Part shown: positions 38,073 through 47,582 of the stretch, piece by piece | Numbering within the stretch: position 1 is the stretch's first letter | Layout: each line of letters opens with the position of its first letter | Source of the DNA: an uncultured Methylomirabilota bacterium | Lineage (GTDB): Bacteria; Methylomirabilota; Methylomirabilia; Methylomirabilales; 2-02-FULL-66-22 | DNA: 64,000 nucleotides | Reading direction: 5' to 3' | Assembly: GCA_963705305.1 (NCBI GenBank) | Contig: OY970067.1 | Coordinates: 3,008,001 to 3,072,000, forward strand | The notes under the pieces: generated by a model | Databases searched by the model: none | What the model was told of the DNA's origin: nothing | Seen by the model: the letters and a program-made list of their open reading frames with translations, nothing else | Position numbers and translations under genes: made by a program

Positions 38073-40145
38073 CTACACGAGTCGCAGAGCGACCAGGATC
38101 ATGTCGATCGCCTTGATGCCGACGAACGGGATAATGATCCCCCCGAACCCGTACATCCACAGGTATCGACGGAGCACTGCGGCGGCCCCCAGGGGCCGGT
38201 ACTTCACCCCGCGGAGCGCCAGCGGGACGAGCGCGATGATGATCAGGGCGTTGAAGATGACCGCCGACAGGATCGCACTCTCGGGCGTCGCCAGACGCAT
38301 GATGTCCAGCGCCTTGAGGGCGGGGTAGGTGGTGGCGAAGGCGGCCGGGATGATGGCGAAGTACTTCGCCACGTCGTTGGCAATGCTGAACGTGGTGAGC
38401 GCGCCGCGAGTCATCAGCAGCTGCTTCCCGACCTCCACCACCTCCATGAGCTTGGTCGGGTTCGAGTCCAGGTCCACCATGTTGCCGGCCTCTTTGGCCG
38501 CCTGGGTGCCGGTGTTCATGGCCACGGCTACGTCCGCCTGCGCCAGGGCCGGGGCGTCGTTGGTCCCGTCGCCGGTCATGGCGACCAACCGCCCTTCGGC
38601 CTGGATGTCCCGGATGTACTTGAGCTTCGTCTCCGGCGTCGCCTGGGCGAGGAAGTCGTCCACCCCCGCTTCGGCGGCGATGGCTGCCGCCGTCAGGGGG
38701 TTGTCTCCCGTGATCATGACCGTCTTGATGCCCATCCGGCGCAGCTCGCCGAACCGTTCCTTGATGCCCCCCTTGACGATGTCCTTGAGCTGGATGACGC
38801 CCAGGACCTTCGCCCCTTCGGCCACGACCAGGGGGGTCGCCCCGTCCTTGGCGATCCGGTCCACGGATTTCCGGACGTCCGAAGGGACCGATCCGCCCTG
38901 CGCCGCCACGTAGGCCTCAATCGCATCGGCCGCCCCCTTCCGGATCTGGCGGCCGTCCAGGTTCACCCCGCTCATGCGGGTCTGAGCGGTGAAGGGGACG
39001 AAGGTGGCCCCCAGGCTGCGCAGGTCCCGCTCCCGTAGCCCGAAGCGCTCCTTGGCGAGCACGACGATGCTGCGGCCCTCCGGGGTTTCATCGGGAAGGG
39101 AGGACATCTGCGCCGCGTCGGCCAGCTCCTTCTCCGCGACGCCGGGCGCGGGCAGGAACGCCGTTGCCTGGCGGTTCCCCAGGGTGATGGTGCCCGTCTT
39201 GTCCAGGAGGAGGACGTCCACGTCGCCCGCGGCCTCCACCGCCCGGCCGGACATGGCGATGACATTCGCCTGGATCATGCGGTCCATCCCCGCGATCCCG
39301 ATGGCGGAGAGGAGGCCGCCGATGGTCGTCGGGATGAGGCAGACCAGGAGGGCCACCAGCACGGTGACGGTGATCGGCGTCCCCTGGCCCGCCGCCTGGA
39401 CGCTGTAGAGCGAGTAGGGCAGAAGGGTGGCGCAGGCCAGGAGGAAGACGATGGTCAGCCCCGCCAGGAGCACATCCAGGGCGATCTCGTTGGGGGTCTT
39501 CTGCCGCTTGGCCCCTTCGATGAGGGCGATCATCCGGTCCAGGAACGCCTCGCCCGGATTCGCCGTCACGCGGACGACGAGCCAGTCGGACAGCACCTGG
39601 GTGCCCCCGGTCACGGCGCTCCGGTCGCCGCCGCTCTCGCGGATGACCGGGGCGCTCTCGCCCGTGATGGCGCTCTCGTTCACCGAGGCGATCCCCTCGA
39701 CCACCTCGCCGTCGGCCGGGATGACATCGCCCGCCTCGACCAGAACCACATCCCCCTTGCGCAGGGTAGTGCCCGCGACCAGGGTGAACTCGTGCTTGTT
39801 CTCGGGATGATTGAGGCGCTTGGCCTGGATATCGCGGCGGGCCTTGCGGAGCGAGGCCGCCTGGGCCTTCCCTCGCCCCTCGGCCATCGCCTCGGCGAAG
39901 TTGGCGAAGAGGACCGTGAACCAGAGCCAGACCGAGACGGCCAGGATGAAGCCGGCCGGCGCCTCGCCCTGGCCCAGAAGCGCCTGGACGAACAGCAGGG
40001 TCGTGAGGATGGATCCCACGTAGACGCAGAACATGACCGGGTTCCGGATCTGACGCCGCGGGGTCAGCTTCCGGACGGAATCGATCGTGGCTTGCCAGAC
40101 GATCGCCGGATGGAGGAGCGGGCGGGCCTTCGCTTGCGCGGTCAT
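38073..40145 (-). CDS. kdpB: K+-transporting ATPase subunit B
   Basis: [32 protein letters not shown]. Confidence 0.98.
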   Translation of the reverse strand: MTAQAKARPLLHPAIVWQATIDSVRKLTPRRQIRNPVMFCVYVGSILTTLLFVQALLGQGEAPAGFILAVSVWLWFTVLFANFAEAMAEGRGKAQAASLRKARRDIQAKRLNHPENKHEFTLVAGTTLRKGDVVLVEAGDVIPADGEVVEGIASVNESAITGESAPVIRESGGDRSAVTGGTQVLSDWLVVRVTANPGEAFLDRMIALIEGAKRQKTPNEIALDVLLAGLTIVFLLACATLLPYSLYSVQAAGQGTPITVTVLVALLVCLIPTTIGGLLSAIGIAGMDRMIQANVIAMSGRAVEAAGDVDVLLLDKTGTITLGNRQATAFLPAPGVAEKELADAAQMSSLPDETPEGRSIVVLAKERFGLRERDLRSLGATFVPFTAQTRMSGVNLDGRQIRKGAADAIEAYVAAQGGSVPSDVRKSVDRIAKDGATPLVVAEGAKVLGVIQLKDIVKGGIKERFGELRRMGIKTVMITGDNPLTAAAIAAEAGVDDFLAQATPETKLKYIRDIQAEGRLVAMTGDGTNDAPALAQADVAVAMNTGTQAAKEAGNMVDLDSNPTKLMEVVEVGKQLLMTRGALTTFSIANDVAKYFAIIPAAFATTYPALKALDIMRLATPESAILSAVIFNALIIIALVPLALRGVKYRPLGAAAVLRRYLWMYGFGGIIIPFVGIKAIDMILVALRLV

Positions 40146-40157
40146 GGGAGTCTCCCC

Positions 40158-41966
40158 TCACTGCATGGCGAGCATCTGGAGATGCTCGACGATGGGGCCG
40201 AGGGCCAGGGCCGGGAAGAACGTCAGGGCCCCGACCAGGATCACCGTGCCGACCAGGAGGGCCACGAACAGCGGCGTGTGCGTGGGGAGCGTCCCCGCGC
40301 TCGCCGGGACGATCTTCTTCCGCGCCAGGGACCCCGCGATGGCCAGCGGCGGGATCAGCATCCAGAAGCGCCCGAACAGCGTGGCCAGCCCGATGCCGGT
40401 GTTGTAGAAGAGGGTATTCGCGTTGAGGCCCGCAAAGGCGCTCCCGTTGTTGGCCGCCCCCTCGGAGAAGGCGTACAGGATCTCGCTGAACCCATGCGGG
40501 CCGGGATTCGCGATCGAGGCCACCGCCGATGGCGTCACGACGGCGACCGCCGTCCCGATCAGCATGATGGCGGGGCCGATCAGGATGACGAGCGAGGCCA
40601 TCTTCATCTCGTACGCTTCGATCTTTTTGCCCAGGTACTCCGGCGTGCGCCCGACCATGAGGCCTGCCACGAAGACGGCGACGATGGCGTACATCAGCAT
40701 CCCGTAGATGCCGGCGCCGACGCCGCCCGGTGCCACTTCGCCGAGCTGCATCAGCCACATCGGCACGAGGCCGCCCAGCGGGGTGTAGGAGTCGTGCATG
40801 GAGTTGACAGCTCCGCAGGAAGTGCCGGTCGTCACGGCGGCCCACAGGGCGGAGTTCAGGATGCCATACCGGACTTCTTTCCCCTCCATGTTCCCGCCGG
40901 CCTGGAGGGCGCTCACCTGCTGGTCCGCCCCCAGCCGGGCCAGGCTCGGATTCCCGGCCTGCTCGGCGAAGATGGCGATGCCGGCCATGACGACGAGGAT
41001 GAGGAGCATGGCCGCGAGGAGGGCCCAGCCCTGTCGGGTATTCTTGACGGCCAGGCCGAAGGTGTAGGTCAGGCCGAAGGGGATGACAAGGATCGCCAGC
41101 ATCTCCAGGAAGCTGGAGAGCGGCGTCGGGTTCTCGAAGGGATGGGCCGAGTTGGCATTGAAGAAGCCGCCGCCGTTCGTCCCGAGCTGCTTGATGATGA
41201 TCTGGGAGGCCGCCGGGCCTACCGCCAGGACCTGCTCGGTCAACGTGGACTTCTTCGTCTCCGGCTGTCCCTTGGCGTCGAGGACAGGTTGGCCGTCCGG
41301 TCCCGTCACGGGCTCGTCATAGGCGATGTGCTGAAGCACCGGAACCTTGACGTAAGGGCTGAAGGTCTGCACGAGCCCCTGGGACACAAGGACCAGGGAG
41401 AACACAACTGAAATCGGCAACAGGATGTACAGGGTCCCGCGGATGAGGTCCGCCCAGAAGTTCCCGAGCGTCTGCGCCGAGCGGCGGGCGAAGCCCCGGA
41501 TGAGCGCCATGGCGACCGCCATGCCGGTGGCCGCGGACACGAAGTTCTGGACGGTATACCCGGCCATCTGGGTGAGGTAGCTCACGGTGGTCTCGGGTAC
41601 GTACGATTGCCAGTTGGTATTCGTGGTGAAGCTCGCGGCTTCCATGAAGGAGAGGTCCGGGGGCACGGCTCCGAGGCCCTGCGGGTTCAGCGGGAGCCAC
41701 CCCTGCAGGCGCTGGATGGCGTAGAGCAAGAGCAACCCCGCCAGGTTGAACAGCAAGAGCGTGATCGTGTACTCCTTCCACCCCATCTCCTCCTCGGGGC
41801 GGATCCCGGCGGTCCGGTAGGCCAGCCGCTCGATCGGCCCAAGGAGCCGCTGGAGCCACGTGGCTCGACCCTCGTAGACCCGGGCCATGTAGGCGCCGAG
41901 CGGCTTGACGAGCAGCAGCAAGACCCCGAAGAACACGACGAACTGGAGAATCCCGTTCGCGGTCAT
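40158..41966 (-). CDS. kdpA: K+-transporting ATPase subunit A
   Basis: [67 protein letters not shown]. Confidence 0.98.
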   Translation of the reverse strand: MTANGILQFVVFFGVLLLLVKPLGAYMARVYEGRATWLQRLLGPIERLAYRTAGIRPEEEMGWKEYTITLLLFNLAGLLLLYAIQRLQGWLPLNPQGLGAVPPDLSFMEAASFTTNTNWQSYVPETTVSYLTQMAGYTVQNFVSAATGMAVAMALIRGFARRSAQTLGNFWADLIRGTLYILLPISVVFSLVLVSQGLVQTFSPYVKVPVLQHIAYDEPVTGPDGQPVLDAKGQPETKKSTLTEQVLAVGPAASQIIIKQLGTNGGGFFNANSAHPFENPTPLSSFLEMLAILVIPFGLTYTFGLAVKNTRQGWALLAAMLLILVVMAGIAIFAEQAGNPSLARLGADQQVSALQAGGNMEGKEVRYGILNSALWAAVTTGTSCGAVNSMHDSYTPLGGLVPMWLMQLGEVAPGGVGAGIYGMLMYAIVAVFVAGLMVGRTPEYLGKKIEAYEMKMASLVILIGPAIMLIGTAVAVVTPSAVASIANPGPHGFSEILYAFSEGAANNGSAFAGLNANTLFYNTGIGLATLFGRFWMLIPPLAIAGSLARKKIVPASAGTLPTHTPLFVALLVGTVILVGALTFFPALALGPIVEHLQMLAMQ

Positions 41967-42055
41967 GAGAAGACCTCCGGCTTGAGCAGGGCGATCACCA
42001 GGTAGACGAGGAGCCCGAATGCGACAATGCCACCGAGGATATACTGTGCGGACAT
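41963..42055 (-). CDS. kdpF: K+-transporting ATPase subunit F (30 aa)
   Basis: [30 protein letters not shown] (YL..AL..PE.F motif); AGGAGGAG RBS; ATGA overlap with kdpA; below the ORF-track cutoff. Confidence 0.92.
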   Translation of the reverse strand: MSAQYILGGIVAFGLLVYLVIALLKPEVFS

Positions 42056-42065
42056 CGCTCTCCTC

Positions 42066-42149
42066 CTACACGCGCCCACAGAGCACGACAAACAGCCAGG
42101 TCAGCCCGAAGAACGCCAGGGTTCCCCCGATGAAGAGAATGTCCGCCAT
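42066..42149 (-). CDS. Small hydrophobic peptide upstream of kdpF (27 aa)
   Basis: MADILFIGGTLAFFGLTWLFVVLCGRV; GAGGAGAGG RBS; its stop abuts the kdpF RBS. Confidence 0.75.
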   Translation of the reverse strand: MADILFIGGTLAFFGLTWLFVVLCGRV

Positions 42150-42281
42150 GATCCTCTCCTCTCTGTTTCTTCGGATCCGAATGGCGGATCCGATGGCGAG
42201 GCCCCGCCTTGATGTACAAGGCTGACGTTAAACCGTTAATTCGGGAATACAAGTTAATGGGCCATAGAAAAGGAGTCGTTT

Positions 42282-42300
42282 GATATAAACGGATATAAAA
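42282..42300 (-). promoter_or_regulatory. Candidate KdpE box
   Basis: Minus strand TTTTATATCCGTTTATATC (TTTATA direct repeat) in an AT-rich island upstream of the kdp operon; resembles the E. coli TTTATA..TTTACA site. Confidence 0.5.
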
Positions 42301-42626
42301 ATCGGAGGTCTCTGGTCAATTTTCGTCACCGATGGCCCGGCAAACCAGCCCTGTCGAGTCGTATATCCCGGATGAGTTCCCCCGTGTGCCAACCGATTCG
42401 AGCTCCACGGGGAGCTGGTCGGCTCGTGCGCCACAGCAGACGGGCCGCGTTCGTGAGCGTCGGCGCGGATTGTGCCGCTTTCGCCAGGGCACCCATGGAA
42501 CTGCTCCCTCCGGCCTGCGCGGTCGGGCGGGCGGGGCGCGGAGCGGGCGCATGGACCTCAGAGGGCAGTACGTCAAGGAGTTTCATCTTTGTCTCCATTG
42601 CTGACGACTAGGCCCACCCCCAGGTC

Positions 42627-42833
42627 CTACCGCAGCATGTGTAGGATCTGGCTGAACCGGAGCATGATCCCTGCTGCCACGATTGCAGTGAACGGAACGA
42701 TCGCGGTCAACGCCGCTTGGAGTGTCTGCTTCACGGGATTTCCCTCCGTGTCTGGGTGCTGCCGCACCGTCCGAAAGCCCGTTCCTTGATCTGCGCCCTC
42801 TGAAGGCGTTGGGCGCGCCGCCGGTCTTGCCAT
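42627..42833 (-). CDS. Possible small membrane protein
   Basis: AGGAGA RBS; C-terminal hydrophobic helix ALTAIVPFTAIVAAGIML; alternative GTG start at 42734 with GGAGG. Confidence 0.35.
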   Translation of the reverse strand: MARPAARPTPSEGADQGTGFRTVRQHPDTEGNPVKQTLQAALTAIVPFTAIVAAGIMLRFSQILHMLR

Positions 42834-43701
42834 CGCCGTATCTCCTGACGCTGGGATCGGTATTCCGACCCCGCGTTCTTTCCATGCCCAAAATAGGAGG
42901 ACAGCCGCGGGGTGCCTAGTAAGGAGATGCGAAAAAAAACACCGGAATTCATCAAGAGGTGTAAGGGGGGAGTGCAGTTGGTGTGGGGAGAGCGGCGCCA
43001 AGCTCTTCCCCCCTGAACCTGGGACCGGAAGGCCGGCGATGCTGAGAGCCCGGGGATGTCGCAGCCGCGTGGGAGCTATTGCGGCGGTGCGAGACTCCGA
43101 GTTCGGGTGGGGATTCTGCGGTTTCCCCGAGGGGCAGTAAAGATCGCGTAAATTCGTTGCGGGAGGAGATGGTCTCTTGAAACAGAACGAACCGGGAGTG
43201 AGTACGGTAAGAATGCATGCCTGTCACGTTGGGAGGGGATCGGCGGGAGGGATGAGGCAGGGAAACAGCCGGCCACTCGGTAAGACGTGCTGGCCTGGCT
43301 CCAGCCGACCGCCGGCCTCTCCTCCCGCCGATCCCCGATGGGGGCCCTCCGACAGCCTCATAGTGCACGGAAAGCAGCCACGCTCCGTCGCGGCCATCCC
43401 GGCCGCGGCGAAGGAGCTGTCAGTCGCGGGTCGAACCCGCCTCGCCCTGCGCCGGCAACGCTAGCTACCCGGTCCAGGGCGGCCCCGGCACGCTTCGGAG
43501 GTTAGGCCCAGCTCACAGCCCAGGATTGATCCGGGCAGAACCAGGCGGCCGTTTATCCTCCGGCGAGAGTGCGCAAGTGGGTGCGCAGGTGAGGATGCGC
43601 GTGGACCGGCCGCCGTGCAGGCGCTTGTGCCCCGGGTCACAGTTCGTGGCCGATGGTACCATCCGACACCGGGCCCGGAAGCTGGCGAGGAGGAGGCTGG
43701 T

Positions 43702-44394
43702 ATGGGGACGATCCAGTGGTTTCGTTGCCGGCTCTGTCACGGCGAGGTCCTTGGGCCGGTTCCACCCTCGGGATCCCGGGATCGGCCAGTTGGGACTCCT
43801 CTCCTGGTGTGCTGCGGGCGGCCGCTCCGGCCGCTGCCCGCGGAAGAGGTCGTGATGGTGGCGTGGCCCCCGCGCCGACTGGCCAGATGCCCCGCCTGCG
43901 GGATAACCTTTCGGATCATCGTACAGCCCACCGGGGCCATGGTCTGCGGGCCCTGCCGGTCTCCCCTGCAAGGCGAGGAAGAGATGGGGATCCCGGAGAG
44001 CCGGGCGAATGGGATCGGTGACTCCCGCAGGCGCCCACCGAGCACGGATACCCATGGTCAGCCCTTCGCTGCCGAGACCATCGAGATGGTGTGGCAGAAA
44101 GGCCTTCAGGTGATCGGCCAGCTGCCGGAGTTCCGCAAGCACTTCCGGCTCAACGTCTGTGGAAAGCTGATCGCCCGGGCCGACTACGGAAGGGCAACCT
44201 CCCTTGGATGGGAAATCGATCATATCAAGCCGGTGGTGGCAGGCGGAACGGACGATCTCGCCAACCTCCAACCGCTCTACTGGCGGACCAATCGGAGCAA
44301 AGGGGATGCCCATCCCTGGGAGCACACCGAGGGGGTTCGCCGGCAGCAGACGGAAAAACTTGAACCGTCACTTGACCGGGGCAAGATCCCCTGA
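43702..44394 (+). CDS. Cys-rich metal-ribbon + HNH endonuclease domain protein
   Basis: CRLC..CCG, CPAC..CGPC, then VWQK..CG..I...DYG....GWEIDHIKPVVAGGTDDLANLQPLYWRTNRSKGD; AGGAGG RBS. Confidence 0.8.
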   Translation: MGTIQWFRCRLCHGEVLGPVPPSGSRDRPVGTPLLVCCGRPLRPLPAEEVVMVAWPPRRLARCPACGITFRIIVQPTGAMVCGPCRSPLQGEEEMGIPESRANGIGDSRRRPPSTDTHGQPFAAETIEMVWQKGLQVIGQLPEFRKHFRLNVCGKLIARADYGRATSLGWEIDHIKPVVAGGTDDLANLQPLYWRTNRSKGDAHPWEHTEGVRRQQTEKLEPSLDRGKIP

Positions 44395-44441
44395 GGCTCC
44401 CGGCCGCCCTTGCACATCGCTGCCCTGACGGACCGGCAGCG

Positions 44442-45961
44442 CCCTAATCTCCGGCTAAGAAGTTGAGGGGGATCGCGAATCACGCAGCGGCCCGCAGTGC
44501 GCGCGGCCCGCGGGGTTGGCATCGGCCTTGCTTGGTTTCACCCAGTGGGTGCAAACACCACAAGGAGGAGAGCGATGCCCGACACCTCGCCCCGGTTGCC
44601 GTTCGAGATCGATGACGCGATCGACCCCACGCTGGTCACGGGCCGGGCCGGGGTCCCGCTCGTGATCGAGCTGTTCCGCCAGCTCGGGGTGGCCCAGGCC
44701 GTCGACACCCACGTTGCGGTCAAGCAGCGGCAGCGCGGATTACCCCCCTCGCAGCTCGTGGAGAGTCTCGTCGCGTTGTGGACGAGCGGCGGGGACCGCT
44801 GCCAGGACCTCACGACGCTCCGGGAGGATCAGGCCCTGGCCACGCTGCTCGGCTACCCCCTGCCGGCCGCGACCACGGTCCGGGACTTCCTCGAGGCCTT
44901 CCACGTGGAGGACGGGCCGCTCTGGGTGGCCGGGCCCGCGGCCACGGTCCCCCTGGAGTCCGCCCCCTTGGCGGGCCTCGGACAGGCGAACCGGACGCTG
45001 GTCGCGGGCGTCCAGCGCGGGGCCCGGGCGGCGACGGCCACCCTGGATGTGGACGCGACGCTCGTCGAGAGCCACAAGGACGCGGCGACCGTGGCCTACG
45101 ACGGGACCCGGGGCTACCAGCCCGTCGTGGTCCTCTGGGCCGAGCACGATGTCATCGTGCACGACCAGTTCCGCGATGGCCAGGTGCCCGCCGGGTGCGG
45201 CAACGTGCGCGTCCTCGAACAGGCGGTGGCCAACTTGCCCCAGGGCGTGGACCGCATCTCCCTGCGGGCCGACAGCGCCCTCTACGAGACGGAGGTCCTC
45301 CGCTGGTGCGAGGAGAAGAAAATCGCCTACGCGATTAGCGCCGATATGTCCGCGCAGCTCCAGGCCGAGATCCGGCGCCTCCCCGCGGCCGCCTGGCAGC
45401 TCGAGCGGGAGGAGCCCGAGGCGATCCGGGCCTGGGCCGAAGTCCCCTACGTCCCCGAGGATGGCGATCACCGGAAGGCGCGGCCGTGCGTTCGCCGCTA
45501 CCTCGCGGTGCGTATCCAGCGACGCCAGGGGAGCCTCTTCGCCGACGGGAGTAGCGTGCAGTACTTCGCCGTGGTCACCAATCGGCCGGAGGATGGGCTC
45601 ACGATCCTCCGGTGGCACCGGGAGAAAGCAGGGACCATCGAGCACACCCATCACGTCCTCAAGACCGAGCTGGCGGCCGCCGCGCTGCCCAGTGGGAAGT
45701 TCGGGGCGAACGCCGCCTGGTTCCGGCTGAACGTGCTCACCTACAACCTGCTCACCGCGCTCAAGCGGTTGACCTTACCCGGAGATCTCCGGACCGCCCG
45801 GCCGAAGCGTCTCCGGTTCCTGCTGTTCAACACCGTCGGGAAGGTCGTCGCGCATGCCCGACGGACGCTCTTGCGGCTCTCGGGCGCCCTGCAGCACGCC
45901 TTGCTCGTCCGGGCGCGGCGCAAGATCGCCCGGCTGGCCACCGCTTAGCCGGAGATTAGGG
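44442..45961 (+). mobile_element. Complete IS1380-family insertion sequence (1520 bp)
   Basis: Perfect 18-bp IRs CCCTAATCTCCGGCTAAG / CTTAGCCGGAGATTAGGG; 5-bp TSD CAGCG (44437-44441 and 45962-45966); one transposase ORF. Confidence 0.95.
44575..45948 (+). CDS. IS1380-family DDE transposase
   Basis: TLDVDAT, GYQP, FRDG, LRADSA, VTN, IE...LK.EL, PSGKFGANAAW, LRFLLF; stop codon lies within the right IR. Confidence 0.93.
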   Translation: MPDTSPRLPFEIDDAIDPTLVTGRAGVPLVIELFRQLGVAQAVDTHVAVKQRQRGLPPSQLVESLVALWTSGGDRCQDLTTLREDQALATLLGYPLPAATTVRDFLEAFHVEDGPLWVAGPAATVPLESAPLAGLGQANRTLVAGVQRGARAATATLDVDATLVESHKDAATVAYDGTRGYQPVVVLWAEHDVIVHDQFRDGQVPAGCGNVRVLEQAVANLPQGVDRISLRADSALYETEVLRWCEEKKIAYAISADMSAQLQAEIRRLPAAAWQLEREEPEAIRAWAEVPYVPEDGDHRKARPCVRRYLAVRIQRRQGSLFADGSSVQYFAVVTNRPEDGLTILRWHREKAGTIEHTHHVLKTELAAAALPSGKFGANAAWFRLNVLTYNLLTALKRLTLPGDLRTARPKRLRFLLFNTVGKVVAHARRTLLRLSGALQHALLVRARRKIARLATA

Positions 45962-46220
45962 CAGCGTACGACGCCTTGTCCTGCGGCCCTAACTGCGCTA
46001 CCCTAAGTCGTTTGTAATCCTCTTGCCGGACCCCGGGGAGGGACGGTCCGGCGCCAGAAGTCTCCACCTTGTCCTGCGCCAAAGATCCTTCGGGCGAAGG
46101 ACACACGTACGCTTTCTGAAGCGCAGCTTCAGGATTCACGGCATGAAGGGCCAAGGCGAGTCCTCCCGTGTGCAACTGATGAAAGAACACAGTTCCGTCT
46201 CCGGAGGAAGGGCGGGCGTT

Positions 46221-47582
46221 ATGAGGCCAAGGCCGGACCCTAGAAATGGGCGATATCGTTCCCATGATCTCGTTGTCGCCGCCCCATGCCTCCTCCTCGC
46301 AGCGGGTGCGCTCCTTTTGGGGGCCTGCTCCGAGCGAAGCGCCAGCGGCAAGGTTCTCGCGAGTGCCCCGGGGGGAGTGCCGGTGATGGTGGCCACGGTG
46401 GCGCAAAAACCCGTCCCGATCCAGATCCGCGCCGTCGGCACCGTGCAGGCCATCTCCTCCGTAGTGGTTATGAGCCAGGTGGATGGCCAAGTCCGCCAGG
46501 TGCACTTCGAGGAGGGGCAGAGCGTCCGAACGGGCGACATCCTGTTCACGCTGGATACGGCCCCCTTCGAGGCCACGCTGCGACAGGCCAAGGCCACGCT
46601 GGCGCGCGACGAGGCGCAGCTCCTCCAGGCTCAGGCTGCGCTCTTGCAGAGTCGCGCCGGCGAGAAGCAAGCCGAGGCGAACCGAGCGCGAGATACAGCC
46701 CAGCTGGAGAACGCCAACGCCCAGGACCGCCGCTACAAGTCGCTGATTGATGAGGGGGCGATCTCGTCGGAGCAGTACGATACCGTTCACACGGCTGCCG
46801 CCGCCTTGCTGGCGACGGTGGAGGCCGACCGGGCCGCGGTGGCCAATGCCCAGGCGGCGATCCAGGCCGCCCAGGCGACCGTGGAAAATGCCAAGGCGAC
46901 CATCCAGGCGGACCAGGCGGTCGTGGACAATGCCCAGATCCAGCTCGGCTACGCAGTGATCCACGCCCCCATGGACGGCCGGACCGGGAACCTGATGGTG
47001 CACCCCGGCAGCACGGTCAAGGCGCGGGACACCGCCAGCGCCATGGTCACGATCAACCAGATCCGTCCCATCTACGTGGCATTCGCCGTTCCCCAGAAAT
47101 ATCTGGATGATGTCAAAAAGTATATGGCGCAGGGGACGTTGAGGGTGGAGACTGCCCTGCCGGCGCATGAGGCAGATCCGGTCCAGGGCACCCTGTCGTT
47201 CGTGAACAACACGGTGGACCCGGCCACCGCCAGCATCCAGCTCAAGGCCACCTTTCCCAACGCGGACAGCCAGCTCTGGCCGGGGGAGTTCCTGACCGTG
47301 GTGCTCACCCTCACGACTGAGCCGAACGCAGTGGTGGTTCCCTCCCAGGCCATCCAGACCGGACAGCAGGGCCCGTTTGTCTTCGTGATCAAGCCCGATC
47401 TCACGGTCGATGTTCGCGGCGTAGAGGTGGAGCGCACCGTCGGCGCGGATGCGGTCGTCCGGGCCGGACTGGCGCCGGGCGAGCGGGTGGTCACGGACGG
47501 GCAGGTGCGTCTCGTCCCCGGTTCGCGCGTGGAAATCCGCACGACCCCGACGGCGGCTCCGGGGCCGGGGGCAGCGGGATGA
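46221..47582 (+). CDS. RND efflux membrane fusion protein (MdtA-like)
   Basis: LLGAC lipobox-like, AVGTVQA, SQVDG, long coiled hairpin, APMDGRTG, NNTVD, LWPGEF, VVTDGQ. Start uncertain. Confidence 0.92.
   Translation: MRPRPDPRNGRYRSHDLVVAAPCLLLAAGALLLGACSERSASGKVLASAPGGVPVMVATVAQKPVPIQIRAVGTVQAISSVVVMSQVDGQVRQVHFEEGQSVRTGDILFTLDTAPFEATLRQAKATLARDEAQLLQAQAALLQSRAGEKQAEANRARDTAQLENANAQDRRYKSLIDEGAISSEQYDTVHTAAAALLATVEADRAAVANAQAAIQAAQATVENAKATIQADQAVVDNAQIQLGYAVIHAPMDGRTGNLMVHPGSTVKARDTASAMVTINQIRPIYVAFAVPQKYLDDVKKYMAQGTLRVETALPAHEADPVQGTLSFVNNTVDPATASIQLKATFPNADSQLWPGEFLTVVLTLTTEPNAVVVPSQAIQTGQQGPFVFVIKPDLTVDVRGVEVERTVGADAVVRAGLAPGERVVTDGQVRLVPGSRVEIRTTPTAAPGPGAAG

Noticed and set aside
43480..43520. 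c-di-AMP (ydaO) riboswitch upstream of kdp (minus-strand CTAACCTCCGAAGCG)
   Set aside because: The other conserved ydaO elements are missing and it lies >1.3 kb from the operon.
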